A stretch of DNA of 64,000 nt from Balanoglossus misakiensis (lineage: Eukaryota > Animalia > Hemichordata): NCBI GenBank assembly GCA_040954595.2, contig CM082580.2:9464390-9528389 (forward strand). The letters run 5' to 3'. Below are positions 51,171 to 64,000 of the stretch, piece after piece (position 1 is the stretch's first letter; each line of letters opens with the position of its first letter). A program made the translations under genes and the position numbers. The notes under the pieces were generated by a model. It saw only the letters and a list, made by a program, of their open reading frames with translations, did no database searches and was not told the DNA's origin.

Positions 51171-54100
51171 GCCAACTTCTGAGGTGTGCGAAATCAGAGT
51201 GGATGATCCTTCGACTTTTTCTCCACTGATCTTTCTGCACACAGCGGTGATAGTCAGTTTCACAGTATTGGATCTGAAGAATGTTCTTGATGTGCGTACT
51301 ACTTTATAGTCATGAGGTACACACACAGCGGAGAACCTCTCAACAAATACCAAAAACGTATATCGTAGATTTGTTTTTTAATTTTTAATTTCGATACATG
51401 CATCTCTCACGGGGCAAGTTCGTAGACATACTCTACAAGGAGCCCTTGCGGCGTTAGCGCTCTTTTAGCATTATGCAGTGTCGTCAGACGCATACTACAC
51501 CGACCAATAAGGGATAGCCACGCCTCGCTGCTTAAAGGTAGAATAATGCCAGGGAAGAAAATACATGTATATTAAATATTTCTAGATTTATGAGTACTTT
51601 GAAATACAAACTTTTTTGTTGTAAATTTCAAATCACTTTCAATGGAATCGAAATGGAATGTTTTCTGAGGGAGATGATAGTTATTATCAATTTATAAACT
51701 TGGTAACGAGAAAAAATTGTTATTCCGTAATACAGAAATGAAAGAAAAAAACACGACTATGTATCTTCGGAGAATTAAGTTGATTAAATTAAGTATTGAT
51801 GGAATGGGCAATTGTTCTATTTTATTTAACCTGGGGTCCGCATACTCCCAACAGAACCGCCTTGGGAAACATAGCTACAGTCGAGGTGGAACCATAACTG
51901 ACATATTTAATGCATGATACCTGCTAGTACTTTTCTCTTAGCTACCAATGGGATTGGCAGAATCTCCGTCAAACGTGGGTGTGCATGATGATTATAGTTT
52001 CTTAAGATAGAAAGTACATGTATTCTCTACTGATAACTTCGCAATGATACTTCTTGGAGACACATACAATGATGCTAACTTGAATCAACATCCCGACAGC
52101 TATTCTGCAGGCTGTGCTTCTTGAGATATCTTTGCTGAAAACGCCGGTACGGCTTGCCGAAAACTTTGGCTTGGTTCGAGAACTCGATAAAGAATTTTAG
52201 TTTCACATTGAAGAGAGCGATGCATTAAGGATATTACAGACTGTGTATTGTTGCCATGGCAATTTTGGCAGATATTTTCAAGGAAGATGTCGCCTATATG
52301 TAAGTACAAGGCACTATGTTCCAGAGGAGTGTTAAGAGGTATGATAATACCAATAGACAAGAAGTACAACATTTCGTTGTCCATTTTATAGATGGTGTAT
52401 AAAAATAGTGTGCAAAACAGTCTGGTGGTTATATCCGGTGATATTCTACCCCAGGAATCCACAGTAGGCCTTGTATTTGACATCCGAAAGGCAGTTGAAA
52501 CCTTATAGATGGTGAAATAAACCGTTTTAAAGGCAATTTGCCATGACAAATCTGTTATTTCATGTGAAACATAATCTTTCACGCCGTGTGTATGTATACA
52601 ACATATTGACTGTGGTAACCATGCACTGGATCTGGGTAGTTCAATACCTTAATAAGGGGTAGAGCATAAATATTGTACAACAACGATAAACAGACTCACA
52701 GCAATAAATGTGTACCACTCAACCGATTAGAAAATCTTAATTCCCAAATCGAGGATATTCATACAGCTAGGATTAACGGCTTTAAGGCTATACTAGTATT
52801 GCAAAGTGTTTGTACAGATCAAAATACCGATCGAAAGGTAAAGTGATAGAAAGACTGTACATGTTCTATCGATGTATGCCTTTGAGTGATTGCGGAGTAC
52901 TGTCACAGTGAAAGGTAATGCTTTTTAAAACTTTAATATATACATTCAACATTTCCCGAAGCGTTGGGAGCCATTTTAATCGAAAGTTTTGCCAACTTTG
53001 AAATGATGTATTCCATAATACTGAAATGGAAAAACAAAGTTGGAATATGTTTCAGACGTAACCTTCATCCAGTAAAGTATTGATGAAATAGGCGATTGTA
53101 TATTGGATCTATACCTGTGTACTACCCCTATATTAGGACTGTCCCCATGTAGACTGCCTTGAGAAACAATGCTCTAGTTATTGTGAAATCAAATAAAGCG
53201 ACAATTTTTATCCATGGTACCTTCTGTTACATTTCTGCTACACGCCGATGAGATTGGAAGTCTCCGTGTTGCAAAGTGAATGCAGTTCGAATTCATAATT
53301 CCTGTGATAGTTTAGGCACCCCCGGGACATGGAAAATCGTGCCGTGGAGATAACAAAGCGATCATGATTCTTATTGCGGAGAGAGAGATCCTTCGATTCG
53401 AGGTGCCGTAAAGAGAATAATTCCCCCCCAGGAAATCTGTACGATGCTTTCTGGACACGTGCTCATTGTGTGCTTGGTGAGATGGTTCTGCTGAATCCGT
53501 TGCTATCTATTGATGTAATGCGGTAAATTGAAAACTCGGATTGATGGAAAATTTCGATAAAGGAGTGTACTATCATGATTCGATGCTTGAGTTATGTCGG
53601 AGAGCTTTTTTTGGTGTTATTATCCAAAGAGTATAATACATCTTGTTTGAGAGTACCCGGCATTGTGTTCCAGAGAAAATTAAACTGGAGCGTGTGTTGT
53701 GTTGCGGCATTTATTTTGCATACCAATAGACAAGATACGGAACTAAGATACTTGGGTCCATTTTCTAGATTTCGAATTTATCGACACAGAGACCTCCGGT
53801 GTCAACAGCCAGATAGGGTGTCCTTCACCTAAACTGTGATACACATATCAAACAAACTACGTTTATGCAATGAGGGTTTTCATTATCCCATCCTAATGTA
53901 GATTCGTAATCGTATGTGAGCTCACTGAGCGGTCGGTTTGCTGTTGCGTGGCGGTAAACGCTCCCTGCCCCCTTTCGCACGCTGCTGGCGCAGCGCAGCC
54001 AGCGGCGGGAATGGGGCAGGAGACCAGATGGGACCAGACTAACATTCATGCAACCAGAGTAGTCTCGTTCACTGACCCATTCTGTCGTTGCGCTCTCCGG

Positions 54101-54442
54101 GTGAGCTCCTAAATTCGTTGGCACAGCACAGTATGGGAACGGGGCCCCATAACACAGCATACGGCACAGGACTTGTAGAACTAGAGCGGTGCACTGTGTA
54201 CGTGTGATTGCTGTGTGTGACCTTGTGTGACATCAAACTGACGCGATATTTGGTGCAGAGCAACGACAAACTCGTCCCCACGCGGGTGGACTTCAAGCGG
54301 TAAAGTGAGTTCTCCGTCCAAATCCAAATGCATTCCCTAATTTTGCACCGGAAATGGATTATACTTACAGATCCCTGCAATTCATCGGCCAATTAGAACA
54401 TCGTGTATAACGCCGAACATTACCATGCGCGGACGAGGAGGG

Positions 54443-54451
54443 TTCCCGGAA
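54443..54451. promoter_or_regulatory. Perfect STAT GAS motif TTCCCGGAA with overlapping kappaB-like GGAAATTC, upstream of the DED gene
   Basis: GGTTCCCGGAAATTCAC in a CpG-rich patch about 130 nt before a donor (GTGAGC at 54574) of a probable non-coding first exon; acceptor CTTTCTCCCACAG ends at 54982. Confidence 0.4.
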
Positions 54452-55075
54452 ATTCACCTAAATTGAGGTCACACAGCGCTGCAGCGTTCCGCTGCACTGC
54501 ACCAGTTTTGGGAAATTAAACTCTTGGTCCTTGGAGTGCTAAAGAATCCCAACAATGGACTCTTATCTTATGGGTGAGCTATCTCGTTTTATATTTATTG
54601 GGAATAATAAGATAACATCCAAAACCTCGATCATGCAAACATTGGTAACACCCAGCCCTGATGTGATAGGTTGTTGGAAGTTTGTGCTGTGAATTTCGTC
54701 TATTGTAAAACTTCAACAACCACTTGTTCGACTCGTCAATACTGTAACGAGATTACACACTGACGACGTGCGTGTGTAATATACTAGTAAGACATTTGAC
54801 CAGTGGCCTACTTTGACAATGTACACGGTCACTTGGAAATAAGCTGGTCGTATAGCAGGTGCAAAAGATGGCGGGCTACTTGAATGCTGTAAAGTGTCCA
54901 GCAAGAGTTCAAAGTTCAATACACGTGGTGGAATGCGCTTCGTTCCCAACCCTATACAGTCTTACATCACTTTCTCCCACAGTCTGTTGAGCTACATAAT
55001 GCCGAGAAAGCTTTGAAATAAACTGGAGACTTTCTAGGATAAAATTACGTCAAGAAGTTTCCTTATCATGTAAAA

Positions 55076-55609
55076 ATGGCCATGTTTGACCAATTAAACA
55101 GATGGTTCATGCTGTGGTCAGACGATATAGGGGAAGGTAAGTGCGTCCTTTCAATAGACACAATTATGATGAAAGTAAAGAATTTATACTTATAGGTCTG
55201 CGCGTATGAATCTATTCCTGAAAGTTGTGTTGTGAGGCTGCTGCTGTGTATATCCTCACCTTTTCTGCAGGAATCGTTTGCGCATGTTGTGACTTTATCG
55301 CTTCCAAAACAGATGAGTTCGCCAAAATGTTAAAAAGCTGCGGTGGGCTAGACGGACTGATCAAGAAACGAGTAGCAGAACGGTTGAAGGACGCGACTGA
55401 TTTATTTAACAAACTGCGGGAAATGGGGCACATCGACGAGTATAAATCCGACGTGCTGGTCAAACTTCTTGCATACATCGGGCGTGACGACCTGGTGGAA
55501 CAGGTGGTGGCCAGGTACGAAATGGGGTTCCACGCTGACGTGAGCGAGGAGGAGTTGAAGGCGCATATAAAAAGGAAGAAAGCTGATAAGAGTGGCGTGT
55601 CAGTGCAAG
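55076..55609 (+). CDS. Death effector domain (DED) protein, coding exons 55076-55136 and 55271-55609
   Basis: Phase-1 intron 55137-55270 (GTAAGT...TTTTCTGCAG) joins MAMFDQLNRWFMLWSDDIGE in frame to GIVCACCDFI...LIKKRVAERLKDATDLFNKLREMGHIDEYKSDVLVKLLAYIGRDDLVEQVVARYE. This shows the DED pattern DLF..L...G.I.....L..LL..I.RxDL. Donor GTGAGA at 55610. Confidence 0.75.
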
Positions 55610-55787
55610 GTGAGATGCAAGTTTCTATTGTGAGAATAACAGATCAATGACTGGAGTAGGGGGGGGGGGGGTCGTTTGATATTGTGCATTTTGAATATCG
55701 CATCGGAAGTCATGTAGAATTAACTGGAAACCGCTGTTGCAGGTGAGATGCTTTTTTCACGATGTGAGTTGTCTGTTCAATATACAG

Positions 55788-56077
55788 ATAGCGGAGGCAG
55801 TCCAATGGTGGAGGCGGACTCGTCCTCGTGTGCGTACGGAATGAGTGCAAGCGACAACGCTGGTGGACGTATGTATCCAGTATTCCACAATCGTTATTGT
55901 TGCACTTTCCTTTATTTTGTTCTGCGTTGACGTGCTCGCGCATTCTGTTCTCTTTCACAGTCAAATTATCCCTATATCAATTCCTTTCATTTCACACTTA
56001 CAGGGAGGCGATGGAATCCACCAAGCCCACCTGCATGGTCTAAAATGCAAAGCCAGCCAAGCCACGGCGACAGCTGA
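55788..56077 (+). CDS. Probable 3' exons of the DED gene (55788-55868 and 56004-56077), low-complexity tail
   Basis: Acceptors TATACAG and TTCACACTTACAG, donor GTATGT, all phase 1. The four exons sum to 555 nt ending at TGA 56075-56077 (184 aa). No homology support for the tail. Confidence 0.45.
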
Positions 56078-57898
56078 GAGCGAACCTATATTCAAATATT
56101 GATCGCAACCTGATAACTTTAGAATGTGATAACGCGTTCCTTATTTGCAATGCATACATTCAACTCAATTAGTCTCAAACAATACAGTAATTTTACCTAT
56201 TCAATATTTTTTACCAAAGTATGGAATCTTAAACAATCGAGTTTTTAAAAATGCGCAATGTATGATTCTATTATCTGTCGCGAAATCCTGACTTATAGTC
56301 GTTGCAGTTAAAATCTGAAGACAAACGTCCAATGATCGGTTGCGCCATGAATCAGACTGAATGTGTTGCGCCCTCTAACTTAGAAACTCGAATTTCTAGA
56401 CGTAGCAATTAAGGCTGAGTAAACTATGGCAAAAGCACACAATGGCAGCAGATCACCACCTGTTTGTGCGAAGTTGTCAATACGCGCTTCTTTTGAGATG
56501 ATAGTTTACCACACTGTTACTCCATATTATATATCCATTCGTGCGACGTGACTGAAAGATATTCGGTATATTGTCATAAAGATTGTTCATGATATGTATA
56601 GACAACGGGGGTGTTCTTACATATGATAGGAAATAATTTTTGAGTATACAGGTATCAGAACTTTGATTTATTTTACATTATTACGTTACACCAATAGATT
56701 TTGCGGCGTGTGCTTGCATGAAGATATCGTCTGATGTAGTCCATCCTAACTCGAGCAATTACTTCGTATAGTAGCCATTGGAAAATCAAGAGTAATTGCC
56801 AGGGGTAACTTCAATTTTCATCATTAGTGTTTGCTTCATTAATCCGCCATCGATAAAGAGAGACAGCGCGCCGCCAGACACACCAGACACAACGTGTTCA
56901 GTGTCCCAATCGCCCACCGTCTACTGTTAAGGTAGCGGACTACTCAGAAGTTAGAATATTGTCATTTGTCCTGATCTATATAGGCCCATATAGGCCTAGG
57001 TTTGACTTTTGTATAGATATACAATAATGGCCGTGTCATCCTGAGTGCTAACCCGTTTGCTGGGGGACTTGCTGCAGACTGTAGGTTGTGGTTTCGAATC
57101 CATTTCATTAATATTCGTAGTATGTCACTCGCATTGACGAGTTTATGTAAATAGGGTACATGCATTTCGAGTAACATCTTTTGCCATCGCGTCTTTCCAA
57201 CTCGAAGAAACTCGTCTTATTTTCAACACCACAATTGCAAGAACTGGGTCTTCTTGCACTTTAAAGACTGACGCACAATGCAACGACGACAATTGAATTT
57301 ACGTACGCGTACCATCCTATGTTAATGTCAATATTGAGTTTCGCTGCGGACGCGTTCAGATTACGTTTCTACTGATCCACAACACGAATCAACTGTTCCA
57401 GTTATTTTACAATTCGTCATTTGCTCTATTTGAACTTAATTTTCGTACTTGCGGTTCCATGCATCGGGGATGTACATTGTAAGTGGTTATGATGTCGAGT
57501 TAAAATACGCATTAACGCACACACACGTGTGTAGCCTATCTGAATACGGTCGGGTCAGACAAGTGCTTTCATTTCACAAAGTACAGAGCACGCTGTCTCA
57601 ATACTGTAGCCAAGAGGCTTTGTGGTTGCTTCGTGCGTAATGAACAATGCCTGCAGCGTAAAATATCATACTGACTTGTCGCGCTTCAGAGCACAGATTC
57701 GGGGAGATGTACATGAACGGGGAATCAAATAATCAATGGAGTGATATTTCACGTACATACAGTGACGTCATCGAATGATGAAGTCAGTTTATGATGACGC
57801 AAAAGCATTAGTTTCACTTCACGCTTTCGAGTAGGGAGAAGGCATTGTCCTTTCAAGAAGCATTTGGACATGATGCAGTAAGAACTATATATTAGACG

Positions 57899-57945
57899 TT
57901 AAGGTAGAATGCGCCTCGAAGATAAAAGTCTTATAGACTTTTTCT
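57899..57945 (+). mobile_element. Possible Kolobok-like terminus remnant
   Basis: TTAA-GGTAGAATGCGCCTCG start; related TTAA(A)GGTAG starts at about 51533 and 56927. No partner end identified. Confidence 0.25.
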
Positions 57946-58331
57946 AATATTTAGCTAGTTGGACACACAGTGGCACTGGTGATATTAAACTTGACATTTC
58001 ACCGTGCTTCAAGGGTCCGCAAGACTGCAGTCTAGACACAGAACAAAATATACTTTAACGTTAAGCTAATTGATCTTTAACCTTGAAAATGATAACCTAA
58101 ATCATAGTATTCAACAGACATCGGTACAGAAATAAAGTCAGTCCACGCAGTTGCAACTGGTCTTTAATTAATAAGGTCGTGTTCACCGAGCTCGGTCACA
58201 TGTAGCGGTGTAGAGCGTTCAACCGAAATGACGCACGTTCATTTGATTGAAATTCCTTACCGCCCCCAGAAATGCCATGAAATATGTGACTGGTTTTAGC
58301 ATCCGGAAAATGAATTTCTATAGTTTCTGAC

Positions 58332-58480
58332 TGTCTTGTGTTGTCTCGCCTTGTCTTGTCTTGTCTTGTCTCGCATTGTCTTGTCTTGTCTTGTCTTGCC
58401 GTGTCGTGTCTTGTCTTGTCTTGTCTTGTCTTGTCTTGTCTTGTCTCGCCTTGTCTTGTCTTGTCTTGTCTTCTCTTGTC
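58332..58480. repeat. (GTCTT)n pentanucleotide microsatellite, about 30 units with variants
   Basis: Direct reading. Confidence 0.97.
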
Positions 58481-59155
58481 TGTCTGGTAACGTGTGTGTA
58501 CGCGTGTGTGGGTGAGTTATAAATTGAGCGATGATATCCGGTGATTAATTTTTACCAGCGCTCATCAATGAGTCAAGAATCATTTTTCAAATCCGAAGAT
58601 GCGAGTAAGGTATTAAAATAATCATTTCCGACAATGTATACTGAACATAAATCATGTAGAGGCAGAAAATTTAAACTTGGTAAAAAATACTCGACGCTAG
58701 GTAAAATATTGCACACTGGAAAGGTTTACGTGAAAGTGTGATTGATTCGTCATAAAATTTGAGATAGATATTCTGATCGCTTCATGAATTCTTCGATGCC
58801 GAGCGTATACAGACTCTGTTGGTCGCATAATTGAATCAGTGGTATCTATGGCTTAGCATTATACGAGGGTAAAGTCTGGACAAACATTTTATATGATGGG
58901 GTCGTTAACTGTTGTAATTCACCACAAGAAGTAGTTTTCTGTGCTGTATTCCATCAATCAAATCATCCCGGCTTTAGCATCATAATCACTGCCAGAGGCA
59001 CAGCTAAGTTTAGAGAATGTATGCAATCGCCAACAGTGAGATGCAACCTGGTCTGGCATTTCCATGTTTTAAGGGGGTCGTCTCATATCGTTTTGTCGTG
59101 TGTGACGTGCGTGCGTTGCCATGTATACTGAGAGAGGGTGTGTCGTCCTCATTTT

Positions 59156-59330
59156 GTGAGTGACGCATTTGAAAATTTTACGACAATAGTTTCCACCATG
59201 TCGGCTGATGTTGGAACGGTTTTGGTGTCACTGTCTTCATGTTGTGAGTGAGTGACGCATTTGAAATTTAACGACAAAAGGAGCCATCATGTCGGGGCTG
59301 GTGTTGGCGTATTTGGAACAGTTTGGGCAA
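59156..59330. repeat. Imperfect tandem duplication, about 90-bp period
   Basis: GTGAGTGACGCATTTGAAA.TTT.ACGACAA.AG...CCA.CATGTCGG...CTG.TGTTGG occurs twice. Confidence 0.8.
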
Positions 59331-61760
59331 TACTGTCTCTTCGAGTTAAGGTGTGGCGTCATAGGTTTCAATGGCATATACTTTAATGCACACTTCCAAG
59401 ATGAATGCAGAAGGTCTATAGAATATCATTGGAAAGCCCCCGCTACGGATTTTATTCTAATTTGATCACAATTTGTAGCAACGGATGTCTTTGTTATGGT
59501 GTTCGAAGAATGACGAAAAAAGAATAGTGTGTACACTATCTTCTTCGTGAGAAGAAACACAGAACGCATGTATTCATATCATTACAGTCATTGTGTCTTT
59601 TATCTTACTCATCAAAGCCGTCCAAAATCTTATCGCATATGGCATATGTTTCGCCGTACATACAAGAATGAATAAACCCACTTTTGCAGCTAAACATATC
59701 TGCTGCCATTCAACAAGCCTGCGGCGCACGAAATGTTGCTGGCCTTTGAAACTTGAAAGCGCCTTGAAAAGATTCGTTGTTGCTTTTTTTCAATGCTTTC
59801 GATGGGAAACGTGACTGGAAAACCCCCTGAGATGAATAGCTGATAGTCTTTGAATGTAGGGAAATGTTGTAAAAACAGAGAAATGTACTCTGCGATAATG
59901 AATCCGTCAACGGTGGTAGTTTAGACATTTTTTTCATACTCACTCCGAAAGAAAATTTAATCGTAAGATAGACCCTCAGTAATACCGTTGCTCCTATAAT
60001 GATATTGCTTGTGCCGAACATCCAATCCCAGTAAAGTGAATTTATGATTCCTATCAACAAAATTTATCAAAAAGGGGGAAATACGTTGTATTTTTTTTAC
60101 TCAGGCACAGTCTATTAATTTCCGTAGACTACATGCATATAGGTTTCGCGCGCAAGGTTGGATTTTTCTGGGGATGCAGAGGCCACACTGCAGCTGCCGA
60201 ACTTGATTTGTAAGATTATTACTCGCCGATGTTCACTAATGAGTTTCCAGCATGAAATGTAGTGCGTACATTCACAGATAAACGAGGCAAAGAGTCTCCA
60301 TAAACAAAAACAGCTCGCATAGAGTCCCTTCGGAGGGAAACTACGGTTAATAGTTTTCGCGATGCCTTTGATTTCACGCGCCAAAACCAAGCACATGTGG
60401 TCGTTCATCTTTTTTTGTCGTTCGCATACGTAGTTTTGATTTTACGACCCTGAGAGTATATACACGGCAAACTCTTGTTTTGTCAAAAGTTAATGTGTTT
60501 ACGCTACCCTGAACTAGGTCGAAAATAAATCATAGCCACGAGTGACAGATGGATAGTTCATTGTTGCTCGATGTTGCCTTGAAAATGAGTGATGCAAAAC
60601 AAATTTAAGACGACAATTATTTGTGGTTTCTTTCAGGGTAAGGTCAGTTCATTGAAATTCTTGTCAAATAGTGATTTTATTACCATCTGGAAGGCCATTC
60701 GTCTTTATTTGCTTCAGCTCAAATTGAAACATGACAAGTACCTGTGTAATCGGAGAGACAGGCCGCGGTAAGGAGAAAATAATCCAGGCAGAGGAAGATC
60801 TCCTATTCCTCCAAACTATATAGTTAATATCCAGCACACACGGAGGTCGGAGAAAGTGTGGATTTTCTTAGCGACTTTGGGCGATGCATACAAATTAATA
60901 GCTATAATTCGGATGGCTCGTTGAAAACCTGAAAATGGTCAATCGGCGACTGCGAGCGTGTGGTTATTACAAGATTTTGAAAACACGCCGTGAACAAGAC
61001 TTTTGATTCCATTTTTTCACGTTGATACAGTAAGACACATCACTACACGTAATGCCGCTGACTTTTTCACGTAGATTTGCCAGCCAAGCTGTGAAACGGT
61101 ATACTTGACCTCGTTTAACGAAAATACGGCGTTTAACGTTGTCTACCAGTCAAGCTGTCAGCCTGTTGAACACACAGTGCACTTGATATATATGTGTATC
61201 GTTTTGAAGCAAAGTCAAGGATAGCAGTACTGGAAATCCCACGTTATCTTTTCAGCACAGTTCATGGCTGACGGTGAACTAGGTACCTGGATAAGAAATC
61301 CAATTTCTTGCATTTCGTTAATTAGCCTTTCTTCCATCATGATTTAATTTTTCTCGGTTTAACGGTTGTAATAGCAAATTAAAGTTCCGAGAAATTTGAC
61401 GTATGTTCGCTTTTTCATCTCCGTTTCACATGATTTTGCCCTGACAAAAGCCTATTAGAAATTAGGGCTTGATGCTTCTAGCATCCCGATCCCGTTGCTA
61501 TGATACAGAAATCCTAGTCATCTTTGAACATGTTGTTTCGTCATTGGATAGCGGGACTCGCTTTGCCCATCCACGCGCATGACCAGTGGCGCATGACGTA
61601 GCCATGCCCTCTCTGTGGATTCGTATCCGTGACACCTCCAGCGCCCTCATGATCAAAATGTAAACACTGTGTCTACTCACATGGATGCCCAACGTTAATT
61701 GCCTGCCACAACGCTGCTAGAGAATCCCAGTAGCCGATCGAACGCCGGACAGAGCGAACG

Positions 61761-62747
61761 ATGGCTACCTTCAACAACACAACGCTGGATAGCGACGTCG
61801 GAGCGTCCGATGTGCGGCGTTGGGGATGGGTGGAAAGTTACAAGCTGGTCTTCGCCATTACCGGCGTATTTGGAAACAGCTTAGTGTGTGCGGTTTTCGC
61901 CCGCTTTCCCAAACTGCGAACCATCACCAACCATTTTCTGGTCAGTCTGGCAGTGGCCGACTTGATCACCTCGCTCCTGATACTGCCCTTGCCGACCCCG
62001 GCCAAGGTGCCCAAGGGGTTCAACGGCGAGCTCTACTGTCGTCTGGTGTGGTCGAACTTCTTTCTGTGGGTCTGTCTGAAGGCCTCGGTCTTCAACCTTG
62101 TCGCCGTCACCGTCGAACGCTACTACGCGCTGACGCACCCCGGCAAATATGGTCGGCTCTTCAACAGAAGTAGAACGAAAGTTGCCATCGCCCTAGTTTG
62201 GGTGTTCGCCTTCCTGCTGAACGGATTCATACCTTTCGTCATCGCAGTCGACAAGCGTACGTCTCGCTGCGGGATCGTCCGCAGCGAAACCCATTTCGAG
62301 GAAGTCTACGGAATCGTCATAATGACCGTGACGTATTTTATTCCGATCTGCACCATCATCATCGTCTACACGAGGATCTTTGTGTCGCTGAAGCGTCAGG
62401 CGCGTGTTCTCACGCACCAACTCGCTAAGAACGGACCAGCGCTCACCTTGCTGAGAGCCAGGCAGAAGGTAGTGAAAACGCTATTTCTCGTCGTTGTGCT
62501 TTTCACGTTGTGCTGGGCACCAGACCAGGTGTGTTACCTGCTTTTTTCCTTGGGCTACTTCCCTGACTACCACCAGAGTCTCGCCTTCAAACTCTTTCTA
62601 CCGTTGGCCTTCTTTAATTCATGCATCAACCCGGTCATCTACGGGTTGCGAAATAGGCAGATCAGACAGGGTTACAAGTCTTTATTTACAAAGGATTCGG
62701 CGTCTGACATGGATGCAGACACCAATGGATTTCCCTCTAGGATATAA
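61761..62747 (+). CDS. Class A GPCR, neuropeptide-receptor-like (galanin/allatostatin-A-like orphan), 328 aa, intronless
   Basis: TM1 GVFGN, TM2 SLAVADL, TM3 YC...VTVERY, TM4 W, TM5 FIP, TM6 FTLCWAP, TM7 NSCINPVIY; N-terminal NNTT sequon; AATAAA near 63043. Confidence 0.93.
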   Translation: MATFNNTTLDSDVGASDVRRWGWVESYKLVFAITGVFGNSLVCAVFARFPKLRTITNHFLVSLAVADLITSLLILPLPTPAKVPKGFNGELYCRLVWSNFFLWVCLKASVFNLVAVTVERYYALTHPGKYGRLFNRSRTKVAIALVWVFAFLLNGFIPFVIAVDKRTSRCGIVRSETHFEEVYGIVIMTVTYFIPICTIIIVYTRIFVSLKRQARVLTHQLAKNGPALTLLRARQKVVKTLFLVVVLFTLCWAPDQVCYLLFSLGYFPDYHQSLAFKLFLPLAFFNSCINPVIYGLRNRQIRQGYKSLFTKDSASDMDADTNGFPSRI

Positions 62748-64000
62748 AAAGGGCGCTATTTGACGGTTAACACTCGCGGTGTCGTCTCTGTCAATTTGTT
62801 CGCGCCCTTTTTATTACACGTCTTTTTATTAGACCCTTGTTGCCACACTGGATTTGGCTCGGTACAGGATACCAGAAAGCCATGTTCACACAGCGGCAGT
62901 GACGCTGGGATAGGTACTCGCTTGCATGCGGTGATGTGCCGTGCTGTGGTTGTACGTCAGATCACCATGGATATTTCGAGGGACTTCGCACGCCTTCCTG
63001 GGACGGCGACTGCGCAAATCTGAAACCTGAACCTGGAGCATGAATAAATGAAGCAAGTAGTGATCGGAAGCAGGGTCTAAAACTTTCGTCATCCAGTTAA
63101 TTCGACGCTATATACGATAAAATACCTTATCACGACCAGTATTGATCATCACTATTTATTGAGCACCAAAGGCGATGACTTTTAATTTCGCACATGCGCC
63201 ATTACACGTTTTTTTGACATTGTGTCGTGTGATAGAACTTACAATTATCCGGTTTTTACCACGACACGGATTATGATATAGAGTTACTCGCCGAGGTAAA
63301 AGTTATGGACTTGTTAACACTGTGTGTTCACACGGCTTAATTTACACAGCGACTCGGATTGCGAAGGACACGTGTGCATTATCGGGCGATGACGACAACT
63401 TTCGACATTCGTGGTCATACGCACTTTACATTTCCGAATGCTTTATTGTAAATCACACCAAGACACTAAACACTTTCCAGCCAGACAGTATGAAACCCCT
63501 TGCACCCCGAGGAACAAACTTTGTAAGTTTTTTCTTGGATACGGAAAAAATATATCACAAGGTTTACTACTTCAACCTATATAGGACAAGGGAATGTCAT
63601 CATTTATAAAATTTACCAGCAAATTCAACTACAGCAGGGGTCGATACCGGCATATTTCTGGGGTCAAAGAATCCTCGTTATTTGAAATCCACCGACAAAT
63701 TCTACCCTGGCTGCTATTGGGAATTTATCGAACTCGATGCTGATGATCACACCTATAAACTAGTCCTCGTGAATTTTATCGCGACAGAGAGTGGAGAGAT
63801 GATTTATTGATTTAGGGGTAGTCTGCTCTCAATCTGCCCTAAAGGTATATTTTCTATATTAATTCTGCTATTAACACAGACCATGACATATAGGGGAATG
63901 TCGCGACTCCGCCTATTTTGCATTAGGCAGATGCTCGGAGTTATAATGTTGCCGTCTCGTGAGATAAAAATAGTCCCGGCGCTGCATATTGAGTCCAACT

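Noticed and set aside
50158-51240. 360-aa same-strand alternative-frame ORF (and antisense ORFs) overlapping the NRY GPCR
   Set aside because: Non-ATG start and Arg/Pro/His-rich composition typical of shadow frames of a high-GC3 CDS.
52100-52582. 160-aa minus-strand ORF
   Set aside because: Non-ATG start, AT-rich, no domain or codon-bias signal.

Overview
Eukaryotic (animal) genomic DNA, most likely an invertebrate deuterostome such as a hemichordate, echinoderm or amphioxus; this is inferred from gene content and repeat style. The window has two domains. (1) About 1-39 kb is strongly CpG-depleted with no convincing long ORF. It looks like long intron(s) or 5' region of a large minus-strand gene, with several CpG-rich patches ending in strong minus-strand splice donors. 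It also holds pogo/Tigger-like MITEs, two tiny P-element-like palindromes with 7-bp TSDs, and a Helentron-type non-autonomous element carrying a 238-bp tandem array, enclosed by a near-perfect 120-bp inverted repeat. (2) About 40-64 kb is CpG-rich and gene-dense. It contains a BTB-BACK-Kelch gene, a tandem cluster of three intact syncollin-like secreted Cys-rich genes plus decayed fragments, an NRY-type class A GPCR, a spliced single-DED gene preceded by a perfect STAT GAS motif, and a second class A GPCR. The most notable item is the expanded syncollin-like cluster, since syncollin is best known as a vertebrate pancreatic zymogen-granule and antibacterial protein.
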